DNA of 63,460 bases, the filler included, from Octopus bimaculoides (taxonomy: Eukaryota), in NCBI RefSeq assembly GCF_001194135.2. It is 6 parts of 5 records of this genome, joined end to end, with 100 filler letters (N's around TTAATTAATTAA, not from the genome) between each part and the next. Parts side by side here need not be neighbours in the genome. Positions count along the whole stretch, not along the records: positions 20,669 to 31,565 come from NC_068994.1; positions 31,666 to 41,008 come from NC_068989.1; 4 more parts are not named here. One strand, 5' to 3'. Of this stretch, positions 24,393-38,557 are shown piece after piece (position 1 is the stretch's first letter; every line of letters begins with the position of its first letter). The translations under genes were made by a program, and so were the position numbers. The notes beneath the pieces were generated by a model, which ran no database searches, was not told the DNA's origin, and worked only from the letters and a program-made list of their open reading frames with translations.

Positions 24393-25640
24393 ATGGGTGA
24401 AGTGGAGAAAAGAGGAGAGATGGAACATGAACCAACTGGAAGTTACGTATCAGCGATGAGTAAAAGAGTATCTACCAACGCCGTGGAAGTAAGAGAAATT
24501 AAGATAGAGCCCAGAAAGTGGAAGGAGGACAGTAAATTAATAGAAAGGGAAAGAGCCAGTTTGAGGCGAAGAGGACAGTGGTGTACAGAACGTTATCCAC
24601 GTCCTCTAAAAAGATAGAGGTTGCCCCAGTAGACGCAATAGAGGAGTGCCTCAAGGACATAAAGAGGCTTACCACATTTTATACGCGTGGAAGGAAGTAC
24701 GGCACAGTGGAAGTAAGGTTTGGCAACGAAGAAGACGCAATAAACCACTCCACTGTGCCGATAAGAACACCGGAATGGGTACTTCTGTCGACTTACTGTG
24801 GTAAACGCTTCGCCAGAGTAAGAATTGACAGAAACCCCCACGAGATTAAGGAAGCATGGCTGGTGGCAGCAGTCATGCACAAAATGAAAGATGAAGTAAA
24901 AATATTGAAGATTACGAGAACCAAAAAGGTTAATTAATNNNNNNNNNNNNNNNNNNNNNNNNNNNNNNNNNNNNNNNNNNNNNNNNNNNNNNNNNNNNNN
25001 NNNNNNNNNNNNNNNNNNNNNNNNNNNNNNNNNNNNNNNNNTATGGCCTCGAGATGTCCATACAAGTGAGCTTTAAAGATTTGTACGAGATCACAGAGGA
25101 GATCATTCTCCCAGAAGACGTCAGACTAAGAGTGGTGGTGGAAGGAAGACCACCAACATGTTTCTTATGTGGTCAAAAGGGGCACATGAAAGCAAGGTGC
25201 CCCTAGAAAGAAAACGAAGAGGAGGAGCAGAAACATCATTGCAATACGATGTGGAAAGCTTAGACACTGAAAATCATTTTAGTGCACCACGAGAGGAACC
25301 AAGTGGAATGACTCGCTCGGACAGCCCATGTCCGTCGATGAAGCAAACGGATGTTAAAAAGAGAAAAACAAATGGCATATGGTCACATACGCCAAAAGTA
25401 CGGCAATCGAGCGGAAGATCAAGTTTAAATCCATCATAAGAGTAAGGTTGCCACCGGAGAAATATTGAGAACACACCAAGGGAATAATTATTGACAAGGA
25501 GAGATACGAGAAATTGAAAGAACTGTTCGGAAGTAGTGAACCCTTTGGGGGTCGAAATTGAATTCGACGAATTACCATCTGTTATGGAGTACGAGGATTT
25601 GAAACCCTTGATGAACTGTTAAAAAGAGTAAAGTAAGTCA
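24393..25640 (+). mobile_element. Gag-like ORF1 of an L1/Tx1-type non-LTR retrotransposon, disrupted
   Basis: Overlapping ORFs 24375..24617 and 24578..24937 (GTVEVRFGNEEDA, RVRID, RRM-like). After the gap, 25042-25206 reads ...VVVEGRPPTCFLCGQKGHMKARCP*, with a CX2CX4HX4C knuckle at 25159-25200. Confidence 0.75.
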
Positions 25641-26802
25641 AATTATTCAAAAAAAAAAAAAAGAAATAAATAGACTTTCAAAAATTAAAAAATAAACGAT
25701 GCTAAAAGGGGAAAAAAAAGAGTGTAAGAAGGACTTGTTAATTTGTATAATTTAACTGTTAAATAGTATTGCTTGAGAGTGGGGCTCAATGCAGGCATTT
25801 CATCCTCATTAATTTTATTATTTTTATACATCTTTCATTTTTCATTTTTCATTCGTTTTATGTTTTTGTCCCCACTGGGGTGTTCTGTCTGTTCTTGTGC
25901 TGTCCCCTCTATGTTATGGCCGTAGCNNNNNNNNNNNNNNNNNNNNNNNNNNNNNNNNNNNNNNNNNNNNNNNNNNNNNNNNNNNNNNNNNNNNNNNNNN
26001 NNNNNNNNNNNNNNNNNNNNNNNNNNNNNNNNNNNNNNNNNNNNNNNNNNNNNNNNNNNNNNNNNNNNNNNNNNNNNNNNNNNNNNNNNNNNNNNNNNNN
26101 NNNNNNNNNNNNNNNNNNNNNNNNNNNNNNNNNNNNNNNNNNNNNNNNNNNNNNNNNNNNNNNNNNNNNNNNNNNNNNNNNNNNNNNNNNNNNNNNNNNN
26201 NNNNNNNNNNNNNNNNNNNNNNNNNNNNNNNNNNNNNNNNNNNNNNNNNNNNNNNNNNNNNNNNNNNNNNNNNNNNNNNNNNNNNNNNNNNNNNNNNNNN
26301 NNNNNNNNNNNNNNNNNNNNNNNNNNNNNNNNNNNNNNNNNNNNNNNNNNNNNNNNNNNNNNNNNNNNNNNNNNNNNNNNNNNNNNNNNNNNNNNNNNNN
26401 NNNNNNNNNNNNNNNNNNNNNNNNNNNNNNNNNNNNNNNNNNNNNNNNNNNNNNNNNNNNNNNNNNNNNNNNNNNNNNNNNNNNNNNNNNNNNNNNNNNN
26501 NNNNNNNNNNNNNNNNNNNNNNNNNNNNNNNNNNNNNNNNNNNNNNNNNNNNNNNNNNNNNNNNNNNNNNNNNNNNNNNNNNNNNNNNNNNNNNNNNNNN
26601 NNNNNNNNNNNNNNNNNNNNNNNNNNNNNNNNNNNNNNNNNNNNNNNNNNNNNNNNNNNNNNNNNNNNNNNNNNNNNNNNNNNNNNNNNNNNNNNNNNNN
26701 NNNNNNNNNNNNNNNNNNNNNNNNNNNNNNNNNNNNNNNNNNNNNNNNNNNNNNNNNNNNNNNNNNNNNNNNNNNNNNNNNNNNNNNNNNNNNNNNNNNN
26801 NN

Positions 26803-26834
<32 letters not shown>

Positions 26835-26904
26835 GCGAGCACACACCCACACACACTCACACACACGTCTAATATATATGTGTGTGTGTATGTCTATGTT
26901 TGTC

Positions 26905-27065
26905 TCCCCACCATCGCCTGTAACTTAGCCGTTTTGCAAAAGTGCCCGATAGAATACGTACTAGGCTTAGAGACAAATTCTGGGGTCGATTTCTTCGATT
27001 AAAAAACCCTTTATGGCAGTGCTCCAGCATGGCCGCAGTCAAATGGCTGAAACAAGTAAGACAAT
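26905..27065 (-). mobile_element. SINE-like family D
   Basis: Reverse-complement homology to 4615-4770 and 35028-35235. Confidence 0.65.
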
Positions 27066-27680
27066 AAAATAATGATAAAACGTGGTATGTGTCTTATCGG
27101 TCACGCTTGGGAAAGAAGTGTAAGACAACAAACGGAGTGGGAGTGAGTGACAGAGACACTAAAGCAGTTGAACAGCATTCAAATACTTTGCTCTGAATAT
27201 GCTGGCATTTTAATCAAAATAAAACTGTCAATGTGTGTACATATATATATATGTGTGCATATATATATNNNNNNNNNNNNNNNNNNNNNNNNNNNNNNNN
27301 NNNNNNNNNNNNNNNNNNNNNNNNNNNNNNNNNNNNNNNNNNNNNNNNNNNNNNNNNNNNNNNNNNNNNNNNNNNNNNNNNNNNNNNNNNNNNNNNNNNN
27401 NNNNNNNNNNNNNNNNNNNNNNNNNNNNNNNNNNNNNNNNNNNNNNNNNNNNNNNNNNNNNNNNNNNNNNNNNNNNNNNNNNNNNNNNNNNNNNNNNNNN
27501 NNNNNNNNNNNNNNNNNNNNNNNNNNNNNNNNNNNNNNNNNNNNNNNNNNNNNNNNNNNNNNNNNNNNNNNNNNNNNNNNNNNNNNNNNNNNNNNNNNNN
27601 NNNNNNNNNNNNNNNNNNNNNNNNNNNNNNNNNNNNNNNNNNNNNNNNNNNNNNNNNNNNNNNNNNNNNNNNNNNNNNNN

Positions 27681-28990
27681 GGAATTTTCAACCAAACAGT
27701 TTTACTAGGACATACCTTGTTATTAGGTTAATTATCTTTAAAAGTCCTATATTTACTTTTATAACGTAAAAAAGTCTTAAATAACGGTTATCTCCCTCAC
27801 GCTGCAAAATTACATTTTTCGATTTAGTGTTGTTATGACGTGTTTTCATGTTATGACGTGTTTTCATGTTCTGATTAATAGAGGTAGAATTGATGTCAAT
27901 AGGGTTTAATATTGGTAATTTTTCCTTTATAGCCTGCTTTAAGTAAGGCAGAGTTATAAAATTCGGCTTTATCGTTGAAGATATAAACTTTGGCAGATAA
28001 TCTACAAAGTCTAAGTGAAATATTTCCAACTAAATTCCTTGTAATGGATTTTGGATGATTACTGAAAGAGCTAATATATTTTAAATTAGTTGAATGTTTA
28101 TGGTATGGGAAATATGAATCATTATATAAGTTAAGGGTAATATCCAAAAAGTTGGCTTTAGTTATATCATCATCGAAAATAACGTTTAAGCCCATGTTTC
28201 GGAAAAATTTAACCAATCTATTTTGAACCCTTTGTCATTTTTGGTTAGAAACATTTTGAAGGTAGAGTAGATAGCCGTCACGATACAAACCTCCATTGAT
28301 GTTTGCGAATTGGTCAGCCATCTCATAAAGAATATATATACCGACCAAATCAGCCAATTGTGCTGAGTCAGAACTTCCCATCGTGACATCAAAACTGTCA
28401 GGCGTATATTTACGGATCCACATCTTGTTTTCAAATTTAATGATTGATCTTCTGGCGGCTGACACCACATTAATTTCATCCTGGGTGAGACCTGCTTTGC
28501 TGTGTACGAACCAGAGTGCCTTGTTGAGTACAATTGGGTTAATAGAGGAATAGGAACTAAAAATGTTGCATTTCTTGTTATTAATAGAATTAAACCAGTC
28601 GACTACTTGGAACGAATTAGACTATAAATAAATTAAGCTTTAATTTTTAAACTAAAGTAGGAATATATTTATCTAGAATATTTTTGCTAAGTACACCGAT
28701 ATCAGAGCGAGGAGGACAAATAATTCGTAAGGTTGAGTTATTAAAAAATTAGGTTTGTGATCTTTTGAAGTAAAACGAGTTTGTTTGAGGTCAAGAGGTT
28801 CAGTCTTCATCTGTAAGTCATATTTCTCCATACTTTTCTTAGCTTCAAGGTTGGCTTTCCTGATAGCACTTTTACCAGTAATCCTATAATCCTTTTGGAT
28901 TTCTTTTCTAAGCAATTCTAGGTAATAATCCTTGGTAAGTCTGTATAAACACGTTTAAAGAACGCGTTTTAGTTCCTATAAGTAATTTCT
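27681..28990 (-). mobile_element. Penelope-like element reverse transcriptase and thumb region, degenerate copy 2
   Basis: SKDHKPNF, FDVTMGSSDSAQLADLVGIYIL, GLYRDG, NFLDITLNL, FSNHPKSI and FYNSALLKAGY; same family as 14020-15100; truncated by a gap. Confidence 0.88.
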
Positions 28991-29416
28991 ATCAACCCCT
29001 AAAATTCGACTTTTAACTGTCTTACATTTCATTTCCTCTACATATATCTATTTCCACGCCCTTAAGCTTTATCTCCACCCATCTATCGCACTATATTTTC
29101 CACTCTTAATTTTCTGTTAATTTCTTTCTTTCTCCTCCTTCTCTTTCTCTAAATTACCTTTGACGTTAAATCTATTAACGCCTTTTTAAAAAAATAATCT
29201 ACCAGCGTTCCCTCCATCATATACGCGGCAATCACATTCGGTTAAAATGGCTTATTGATGTGTTTTATTTCTCTTTTTTTCTTTGATGAGTTGATTACAT
29301 TGTTTTATATCATTTTATTCCCCCAGGAATAATACCAATGTTTTCTTCGAAACATAATTCGGAAGTATAAAGATTTGATTAACACCTGCATTTAACTACA
29401 TACATACATACATACA

Positions 29417-29448
<32 letters not shown>

Positions 29449-29674
29449 AATGGAAATAGAGCATTAATAATAAATTATATTAATGCTATATCTCCATTTT
29501 CTAAATTTTCTTTTGAATATTCATAAACCAAGATTTATATTTAGACCTATTATTTTATGAATATTACTATTCACAAAAAATAATAGGCAATGAATCAGTA
29601 ATTCATTGGATATTACTATCCCTTAATGAGGCTATTTTAACCTCTAACTGAAGTTATATATATATATATATATA

Positions 29675-30545
<871 letters not shown>

Positions 30546-31136
30546 ATTCACACACACACACATTACACACATGTATATATATATATATACATATGTGTAT
30601 ATAAATATGCATATATGCCGATATGTATGTATATGTATATATTCGTGTACACACACACACACACACACATACATTAGGTGGACGATGTTTTCAACTGAGA
30701 CGGTACAAGCGTATCTGTTCCTTCAAGTGCTTCAATTCTTGGTATGTACATATGTTTACAAGAATGCTAACATTTATCAATGGTTTCTCCCATTGTGCTG
30801 ATGTGCCATTTTCTATCATTAATAAAACTGCATGCATTTTTGACAACACAGTTATGCTAGTAGTATAATAATGTTATAGTTTAATAACTACAATACAGGC
30901 GTAGTATATGAAAATAAGGATCCAGCATATGCGGTTGAAATTGCAAACGGATGTAAATTTAAGAAATTGGGAAAGTTTATAAAGATACATCCAAAACATG
31001 AGTGTCCCAAAGTAGATATAAAGTTGACCTTTTAAAAATTATCCTAAATATAATAAAGTAAAGAGCAACGTCGAAATATAGCAATATGACACAAAAAATA
31101 TGCACAAATATTGGTTTCAGTACACTTTTCACTGTC

Positions 31137-31256
31137 CAATCACCAGTACTTGACTGGTACTTAATTTATCGACCCCGAAAGGATGAAAAGCAAAGTCGAC
31201 CTCGGCGGAATTTGAACTCAGCAGGCGAAATACTGATTTTGCCAGTTCGCTGCCTT
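31137..31256 (-). mobile_element. SINE family A, partial
   Basis: Reverse-complement homology (GAATTTGAACTC B-box-like motif). Confidence 0.65.
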
Positions 31257-31530
31257 AGTAATTATAATAATAGTCCCCAGGTTAATCACCAAATAACTTA
31301 TTTGGTAGCCTGCCTGGTGACTCATTGTTTATTTATGTCTTGCTAATAGTGAATTGTATGGAAACAATGAGCTAATCAAAATTCCCCAAAACTTCCATAT
31401 GGGAAAAAGTGTGTAAATTACGAGCTTGATAAGTTATTTATTTTGTCGCATAGAGTCCATTCTTTGTTGTCTATAAAAGCCGCCTATTGCTTGAGGCTAA
31501 CTTCTTACACTCGGATTCATAGATCATATA

Positions 31531-31565
<35 letters not shown>

Positions 31566-31665
31566 NNNNNNNNNNNNNNNNNNNNNNNNNNNNNNNNNNN
31601 NNNNNNNNNTTAATTAATTAANNNNNNNNNNNNNNNNNNNNNNNNNNNNNNNNNNNNNNNNNNNN
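31566..31665. other. Artificial scaffold join N44-TTAATTAATTAA-N44
   Basis: Linker at 31610-31621. Confidence 0.92.
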
Positions 31666-32550
31666 TATATATGAGTATATGCATATATATGTACATATAT
31701 GTACATACCTTCATCTACATGTATATATAGATGCATATCTGGGTACATGACGTTGCAAAAAAAAACATGTACAATATGATAAACACGGTGCAGAAAACAC
31801 ACAGACCGCATAGAGAACAGCCACTGCTCACTGCTTTCTTGTTTTAATGAGCAAACACCTTATATAGATAGAAATAATATTGATTTCAAATTTTGGCACA
31901 TGGTTAGCAATTTCAGGGGAACCCCGAATGAATGAAAAGCATGGTGGACTTCGGCGGAATTCACCTCTCATTCTTTCAGAGACGATAAAGTATGGGTTGA
32001 GAGCTGGGGTCAATGTAATAAACTTATCCCCTATTCCGAAATTACTGGCCTTGTACCAAAGTTTGGAACCAATATTCGAAGGGCGATGGATCATCCGTCG
32101 TTTTGCTTTTAAGTTTGAAATACTCTCACAGATCTATTAACTTTAATGAAGCGAAGTGACTTGAATCAAGATTAGAAACTATCGTGGTCTCTGATTTTGC
32201 GACATCTCTCTCCCATATTTCAGTCGGGTTTATTTTGAGAATGATACTCTTTATATTGAGATCTGTAGCTGCGATTAGTCAGAGTAATAGAAAAAGCTGT
32301 TCTCAAACACAAGGGAAGAACCAGGCGCTTGCAAATCTCTGCTAAGTGTACACAGTAATGATATGGTTGGTATTAATTGGTGAAGGTTTCTATACACACC
32401 CACACACACACATAGATAATGTGTGTCAATGAGTACATACGTATTGATGTCTCTCTTTTTCTCTTATTTCTCTCTCCATTGTTTCTCTGTCTCACACATA
32501 CATACACACACAGGTACACAGATACACAGACACGCACGCGCACACGCACA

Positions 32551-32587
<37 letters not shown>

Positions 32588-32597
32588 NNNNNNNNNN

Positions 32598-32637
<40 letters not shown>

Positions 32638-33914
32638 ACACACGGTTAAGTGCAGGCTTCTATGGTGAGTCATTCGTATATGATTAACTAATCGAAAAGT
32701 TAATCGTAATTGAACAGGGAAAAAAAGTCATAAGTATAGCTGATTTTATTCTTATTTTTGTGTTGTCTTTCTTTTCTTTCTTTTGAAAGGGATAAGTGAA
32801 AAACTAGCAAAATTTGATTCAATTAAAATGTAATTAGAGATATGCAGCTACAGTAACAACTGTAGACGTATTTCAGATTTATTTAGCGAAAGAGTAGTGA
32901 CGCTGTCAATTGTCAAGTTCTTAGAATGACATATACATATGATATTTTAAGTGATCATCTTTTACACTGTTACACGGAAGTTAGCATATGACCTCTATGT
33001 CTGTATATTAATATACACGTTATTATTCATACGGCTTGGATATTACATTGGCAGTATCGTTACAGATTCAGCCATAATGCCTTCCGTTGTTAGTTCCAGC
33101 ATTTTATATAGCGGCCTCATATCCTGTCGAGGTCCACTTTGTCCTTCCTACTGTCGGGTTACCAGTCATATATTGCGGACGACATAATCGAATAACCACC
33201 TTTAGAATTTCTGGTATTGTGTCTATATCAAAATTAATGAATAGTATTACAAGCTGTAAGTGTATTACACTGGTGGTATAATTATTTGTTCCAGTTCTAC
33301 AGTTTCTATGTTCAAACCCCGTGTAGGTTACCGTTGCCTTTTATCATTTTGGGGTCAGTACAAATAAATTACTAGTGGAAGTATTGGTGTAGATATAATC
33401 AAGTAACACCTTCCTGCTCAAAGTTGCTGGCCTTGTGCCTTGATTGGAAACCGTTATTTCAATGATTAATTCTGATAAAAAAAAAGCGCCGTAGTCAACA
33501 TTGGAGAATGATTAATAAAAATTAATAAAAATAGATTAGTGGCTCCCATCAATCCATTCAAATGAGGTTAGAGCGTAATTTAGGTTTGGTGGAACAAAAC
33601 TGACCAAGAGCTACAACTAAAATAGCAGCAACAACAATAAAGATGGCGAATTGAGAGCGTCATTCACTGCGATCTGACTTCAAAATTTCATGGTGACCAA
33701 CTTTGCCTGTCGTCCTTTCGAGGTTGATGAAAAAAAGGAGACCAATTCAAGCTGTTGGATTGGCGGAATTGTAAGAACGCCGAATCAGATGCTTTGCCGT
33801 ATTTGTCCGGTCTCTTTCCGGTTTGAGTTCAACAACAACAACAACAACAATAACATTATAAGTTGACCTCCAAATACATATTCATATCTATTAACATTTA
33901 ATACNNNNNNNNNN

Positions 33915-33953
<39 letters not shown>

Positions 33954-35027
33954 ATGCATGTATGTATGTATGTATGTATGTATGTATGTATCTATGTATG
34001 CATATATGTATTATCTATAATAGAAGTTTCATAATAAACACATGCAGTCCAGAATATATTTCCATAAGATTAACTTTTGAAGACGCGTGGTTTAGTTGTT
34101 AGGATGTTTCGCTCATAATCACAAGTTCTTACGTTCAGTTTCAACCCGGGCGACACCACTACTGCTCGAATATTGTATTTCACTTCGCGTCTCATCAGTC
34201 TATTCATCATCAGAGATAACGAGTGCCAAGGGCGTGTTGGTGCAGCTCACTCTCCTGCAAGCTGTCACATCAAGGAAACTCCATTACATCGAAGTTGAAC
34301 TGCCACGACTAGAACTGCTCATGAACACAAATGACGAAAGCAAGATACATGCTAACAAGCAATGCACGCTTGCAAAGTGACGGGTGACTGAGAATTGGAA
34401 ATAGCTTGTACAAGTGCAGTCGGTCGAAAATTTTGCATAGCAGATCTCACTAGGTTTCAGGGATCATCAATAGAAGATGTACATGCTTTACGAGCCTTCC
34501 TCTCGACGAATCTGCAGCTCATCTGCCCCACTCACTGATGTCACTCCTGCTTACTGGATCGTCTGACTAGCGTACGATCCTAAGTGCATTTCGAGATAGA
34601 AAGAAAAGTATAAACCTTCTTTCTGAGCATAGAACCTATTCCTCTGTTTCTATCGTGTGTATACGCATCCCTGGAAGGGACGTCAGCCCGTTGCAGAATA
34701 ACACGTTTTCGCCCGCTGAGTGAACTGCAGCAACGTAAAATGAAAAGCTTTGCCCAAGAAGACGGCGCATCGCCCGGTCCAACAATCGAAGGCATAAAAA
34801 AAAAAGAGAAATATCAGAACTTAACCAATGACAAGAAATGATTATGGAAACGAAAGATGACAGTTGTTCCTGTAGTAAATGGTAATACATTAGCACAAGA
34901 CACAGACTGTCACAGAAACAGCTGAATGATAATAGAATTGAGACATACATTGTAGACCTTTAAAAAAAGAGCATTCCTGTATTCTTCAAGAATTCTAAGA
35001 AAGATTTGTCTTTTATCTTTTATGTTT

Positions 35028-35235
35028 TACTTGTTTCAGGCATTTGATTGTGGCCACGCTGGGGGCACGGCTTTTGAGAGATTTTAGTCGAACAAATCAA
35101 CCTGAGAACATATTTTTGAAAAAATCATAGCGCTTATGATATCGGTCATTTTTGCCGATCCGCTAATTATAGAGATGTACACCAACCAACACAGGCTGTC
35201 AAGTGGTGGTAGGGAACAAACACAGACGCAAAGAC
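35028..35235 (+). mobile_element. SINE-like family D
   Basis: Homology to other family D copies. Confidence 0.65.
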
Positions 35236-35358
35236 ACGCATACATACACACACATATGCATGTATTTATGTATATACATATATATGTATGTGTATATATT
35301 TATGTATATATATGTATATATATACATACATACATACATACATGCATACATACATATA

Positions 35359-35502
35359 ACGGGCTTCTTTCAGTTTCTGTCTACCAAATCCACTCACAAG
35401 GCTTTGGTCGACCCGAGACTATAGTTGAAACGCATGCCAAATGTGTCTCGCAGTGGCACTGAACCCGGAACCATGCGACTGTGAAGCAGGGTTCTTACTA
35501 CA
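35359..35502 (-). mobile_element. SINE family C
   Basis: Reverse complement of the 52035-52195 consensus. Confidence 0.7.
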
Positions 35503-36177
35503 CATCCACGTTTGTCATCTATACACCTATAAGATTCTTGACACTTGAAGTCATTTGTTGTCATCAAAACATCTGATGACAACGATGGTAACAAAATCAT
35601 GAGTCGAACACCCTAACAAACTAAACCATGCTCCTCCACTAATATCAAATCATCACTACCATTGAAATTGTGGTGTCATGCCGGGCTTAGTTGCCACAAA
35701 AGCAAATATTTTTCTACCTCACACACACATCAGCTCTCTAAAACCACTGACATAGATTACTCTCTAACAGAGTGATGAGTGACTGCCGTGTAGTTTAAGA
35801 TTAACATCAGCAGCACGTAAGAACACGTAAAATGTCTATTGTACTTGCTATAATAAAGTTGCAACTATTGCTATTGATGATGGGTTCAATAACCTTCATA
35901 CGTCAATTCTAATAGGCAGCAGGTGCGTTTATTGAATACATATATTTACGAAATCAAATTAATGACAAGGAAAAATCACACTGAAAAATGATTTCTGAAA
36001 TGTTATATTGCATGCACACAACTATCGAATAGCTATTCCATAACGACGCTAACAGCCTTATATCTTATACCGACGACAACAACAATAATATATACACACA
36101 TATGAATGCATATCGGCAATATTATATAACTATTTGGCCATGTATTCTTCGAAACCACACATCGATATCCTACGTTT

Positions 36178-36318
36178 GTATGTATGTATGTTTGTATGTA
36201 TGTATGTGTGTGTGTATGTATGTATGTATGTATGTATGTATGTGTGTATGTATGTGTATGTATGTATGTATGTATGTATGTATGTATGCGTGTGTATGTA
36301 TGTATGTATGTATGTATG

Positions 36319-36350
<32 letters not shown>
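36178..36350. repeat. (TGTA)n microsatellite
   Basis: Direct reading. Confidence 0.95.
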
Positions 36351-36467
36351 CATGCATAAATGCATGCATATATCCGTTTAATCATCTATCTATGTACATC
36401 TCGCATTATACATACCTACACATACACATACACGCGTGCACATGCACACAAAAAACACATACACACA

Positions 36468-36747
36468 TACGAAGTCTGATCACTAAGTATCCGGTCTGTT
36501 GCCATAGGAACGAAGCTAAACTACGTAGAGTGAAGCCGCTTAGCACAGATTGACCTTCAACTCTGCTCGCCACGTGTACTCAGTTTTAACGTTTTAGCAC
36601 GCTTCAGCTCTTTACATCATTGCTTGGAAGGAAGGTATGTAGTGTGTGATCGTCGCATTGAACATGATAGAGAAAGGTGAGTAGAGAATCTGCATCAAAT
36701 TCTGCCACAGGCTTGGTGGATACCTGCTCTGACGCCTATGCAAAGTT
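36468..36747 (+). mobile_element. Mariner left end: TA, TIR, 5' UTR and start of transposase
   Basis: TA-CGAAGTCTGATCACTAAGTATCCGG TIR-like terminus, then MIEKGE*RICIKFCHRLG, typical of mariner N-termini. Confidence 0.7.
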
Positions 36748-37185
36748 TTCAACAAGTTTTCATCGTTCTCGACACAATCAAAAAAATCCTGTGCAACTGG
36801 AACCTGAGTGACCTTTTGGTCAGGTGAAAGCAGTTTTGGCACAAACTTGCCAGACACGCATTTCATACCCAAATCTTCAGCGATGATGGACTGAACTGAA
36901 CAGTAACAAATCTGGACATCCTCTGATAACTCATGGATAGTGATTCGACGATTTCCCCTCACATCTGCGATGTTTTCTCATTTCTGCTGGTTGCGGGGGT
37001 CTCCCAGAACGTTCGTCAATATCGACATTATTTTGGCCATCTTGGAAACATCTGAAACACTCGTACACTTGTGTGAGGCTCCTCTCTATACACTTTCTGC
37101 AACTTTGCGTAGGTCTCTGAGCAGGTATCGCCATGACAACTTTCTCTGTCATGGTCAATGCTAAGATCACACGCTAAATATTATT
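36744..37185 (-). mobile_element. Mariner transposase N-terminal half (HTH region), inverted relative to 36468-36747
   Basis: QVYECFRCFQDG...DERSGRP, NRRITIHELSEDV and KFVPKLLSPDQK; stops just before the first catalytic Asp. Confidence 0.85.
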
Positions 37186-37644
37186 GGTATTAAAGAAACA
37201 GGAAGAAAACACACTTTTAATGTTAATGAATGTGCAAAAAGAAAAAAAATCAATTACAGTTTTTGTGTATCTTATATCGCACACAATTAGCAAAAGAAGT
37301 TGATATATTCAAACAGGCAATGCTTGGCAGGTAGAAATTTAAACGAGTGGTTACCTGAGTTCGCCCATTCGCATAAACTGCAGTTCTTTCATGAATACTT
37401 CTCTCCGGCCGTGGACAATATTTAAGATGGTACTGTAAATCATTGTGCATGCGTTACCGGAAGTTCATAATAGACATGTATATTTTTTTAAATTTCGAAG
37501 ACGCAGAATTATAAATGCAAACATATATATATACAATACACATGCAAAAATGTACATACATACGTATTTATACTATCATTCTATTATCGGTTTCAGCTGG
37601 GGCACTACCATTAACGCTAATGCTCGCAGTCCCTTGAACGGAAT

Positions 37645-38170
37645 CGGTCCTGGTAATGGAGTAAGTTGGATGAGAGCTGCTCTTTTCTACGTTTCTTGCT
37701 GTGATGTGGGTTCATCAGGTATATCAGATAAAAATGCGTCTAACTGTGTTTTGAAAACATCTATGTCTACACATCAATGATCTCTGGGACCTTCTAGTAA
37801 TTATTGTAAAGTTGCAGGCCGTTGAAACTCAAGCTGTTTTAGTAATGCGTCCTTCATCTGGCCGGAGAGTTCGGGGCTTTTAAAACTATGCAATAGCCTC
37901 CAGTCTGATGATTACCATAGCTTTCAGTTCCAATGTAGGGTGCCTAGATCTTCCAGGATCTACAATATATATGCCCCCGCATACCTTTTGCATCTTCTCT
38001 CCAAGGAGTAGCGTCTCAGATTTTTTAGCTTCTCTCAGTCCTCCGTCTGCTGTATCGAGGTAAGCTTCATCGGGAAAGGATGGTGGCGTTAGGTTGCCTC
38101 GAGTTCGGCTGTTAATTTGAAAATATGAAAACCTTCGTGGGGCTTTAAACGTAATAGTGTGAATCATACC
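37645..38170 (-). mobile_element. CR1-type LINE 3' end, degenerate
   Basis: Minus-strand frames give LRRYSLERRCKRY, NSLSFNGLQL and DVFKTQLDAFLSDIPDEPTSQQE..KRAA. Confidence 0.7.
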
Positions 38171-38507
38171 TTCTTATACACATAATTTCTACTAGATATA
38201 TATATACATACATATACATACACGAACAAAAATATACATATATACATTTAAACATATCGATTTCTTTCTCTTTCCCTCTCTCTTTCTCTGTCTCTCTCTA
38301 TATATATGTCCGTGTGTATATGTGTGTGTATTATGTATACATTTATACGTTTATGTATATTTATATACATACAGGCATGTACGTATATATATATATTTAT
38401 ATGTATCTATCTCTTTCTATATATATGTGCATGTATGTGTGTGTGTGCGTGTATACTTGTATATACATGCATGTATACATATAAATATACATATATGTAT
38501 AAATGTG

Positions 38508-38557
<50 letters not shown>

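Noticed and set aside
24929-24938. TTAATTAAT next to a gap, resembling a sixth linker
   Set aside because: It is incomplete and lacks the N44 flanks; it may be natural or a contig-end error, so the ORF1 stop here is uncertain.
37690-37720. Minus-strand CTGATGA...GAAACGTA resembling a hammerhead
   Set aside because: No stem I or II pairing; CTGATGA is simply the PDE codons of the CR1 remnant.
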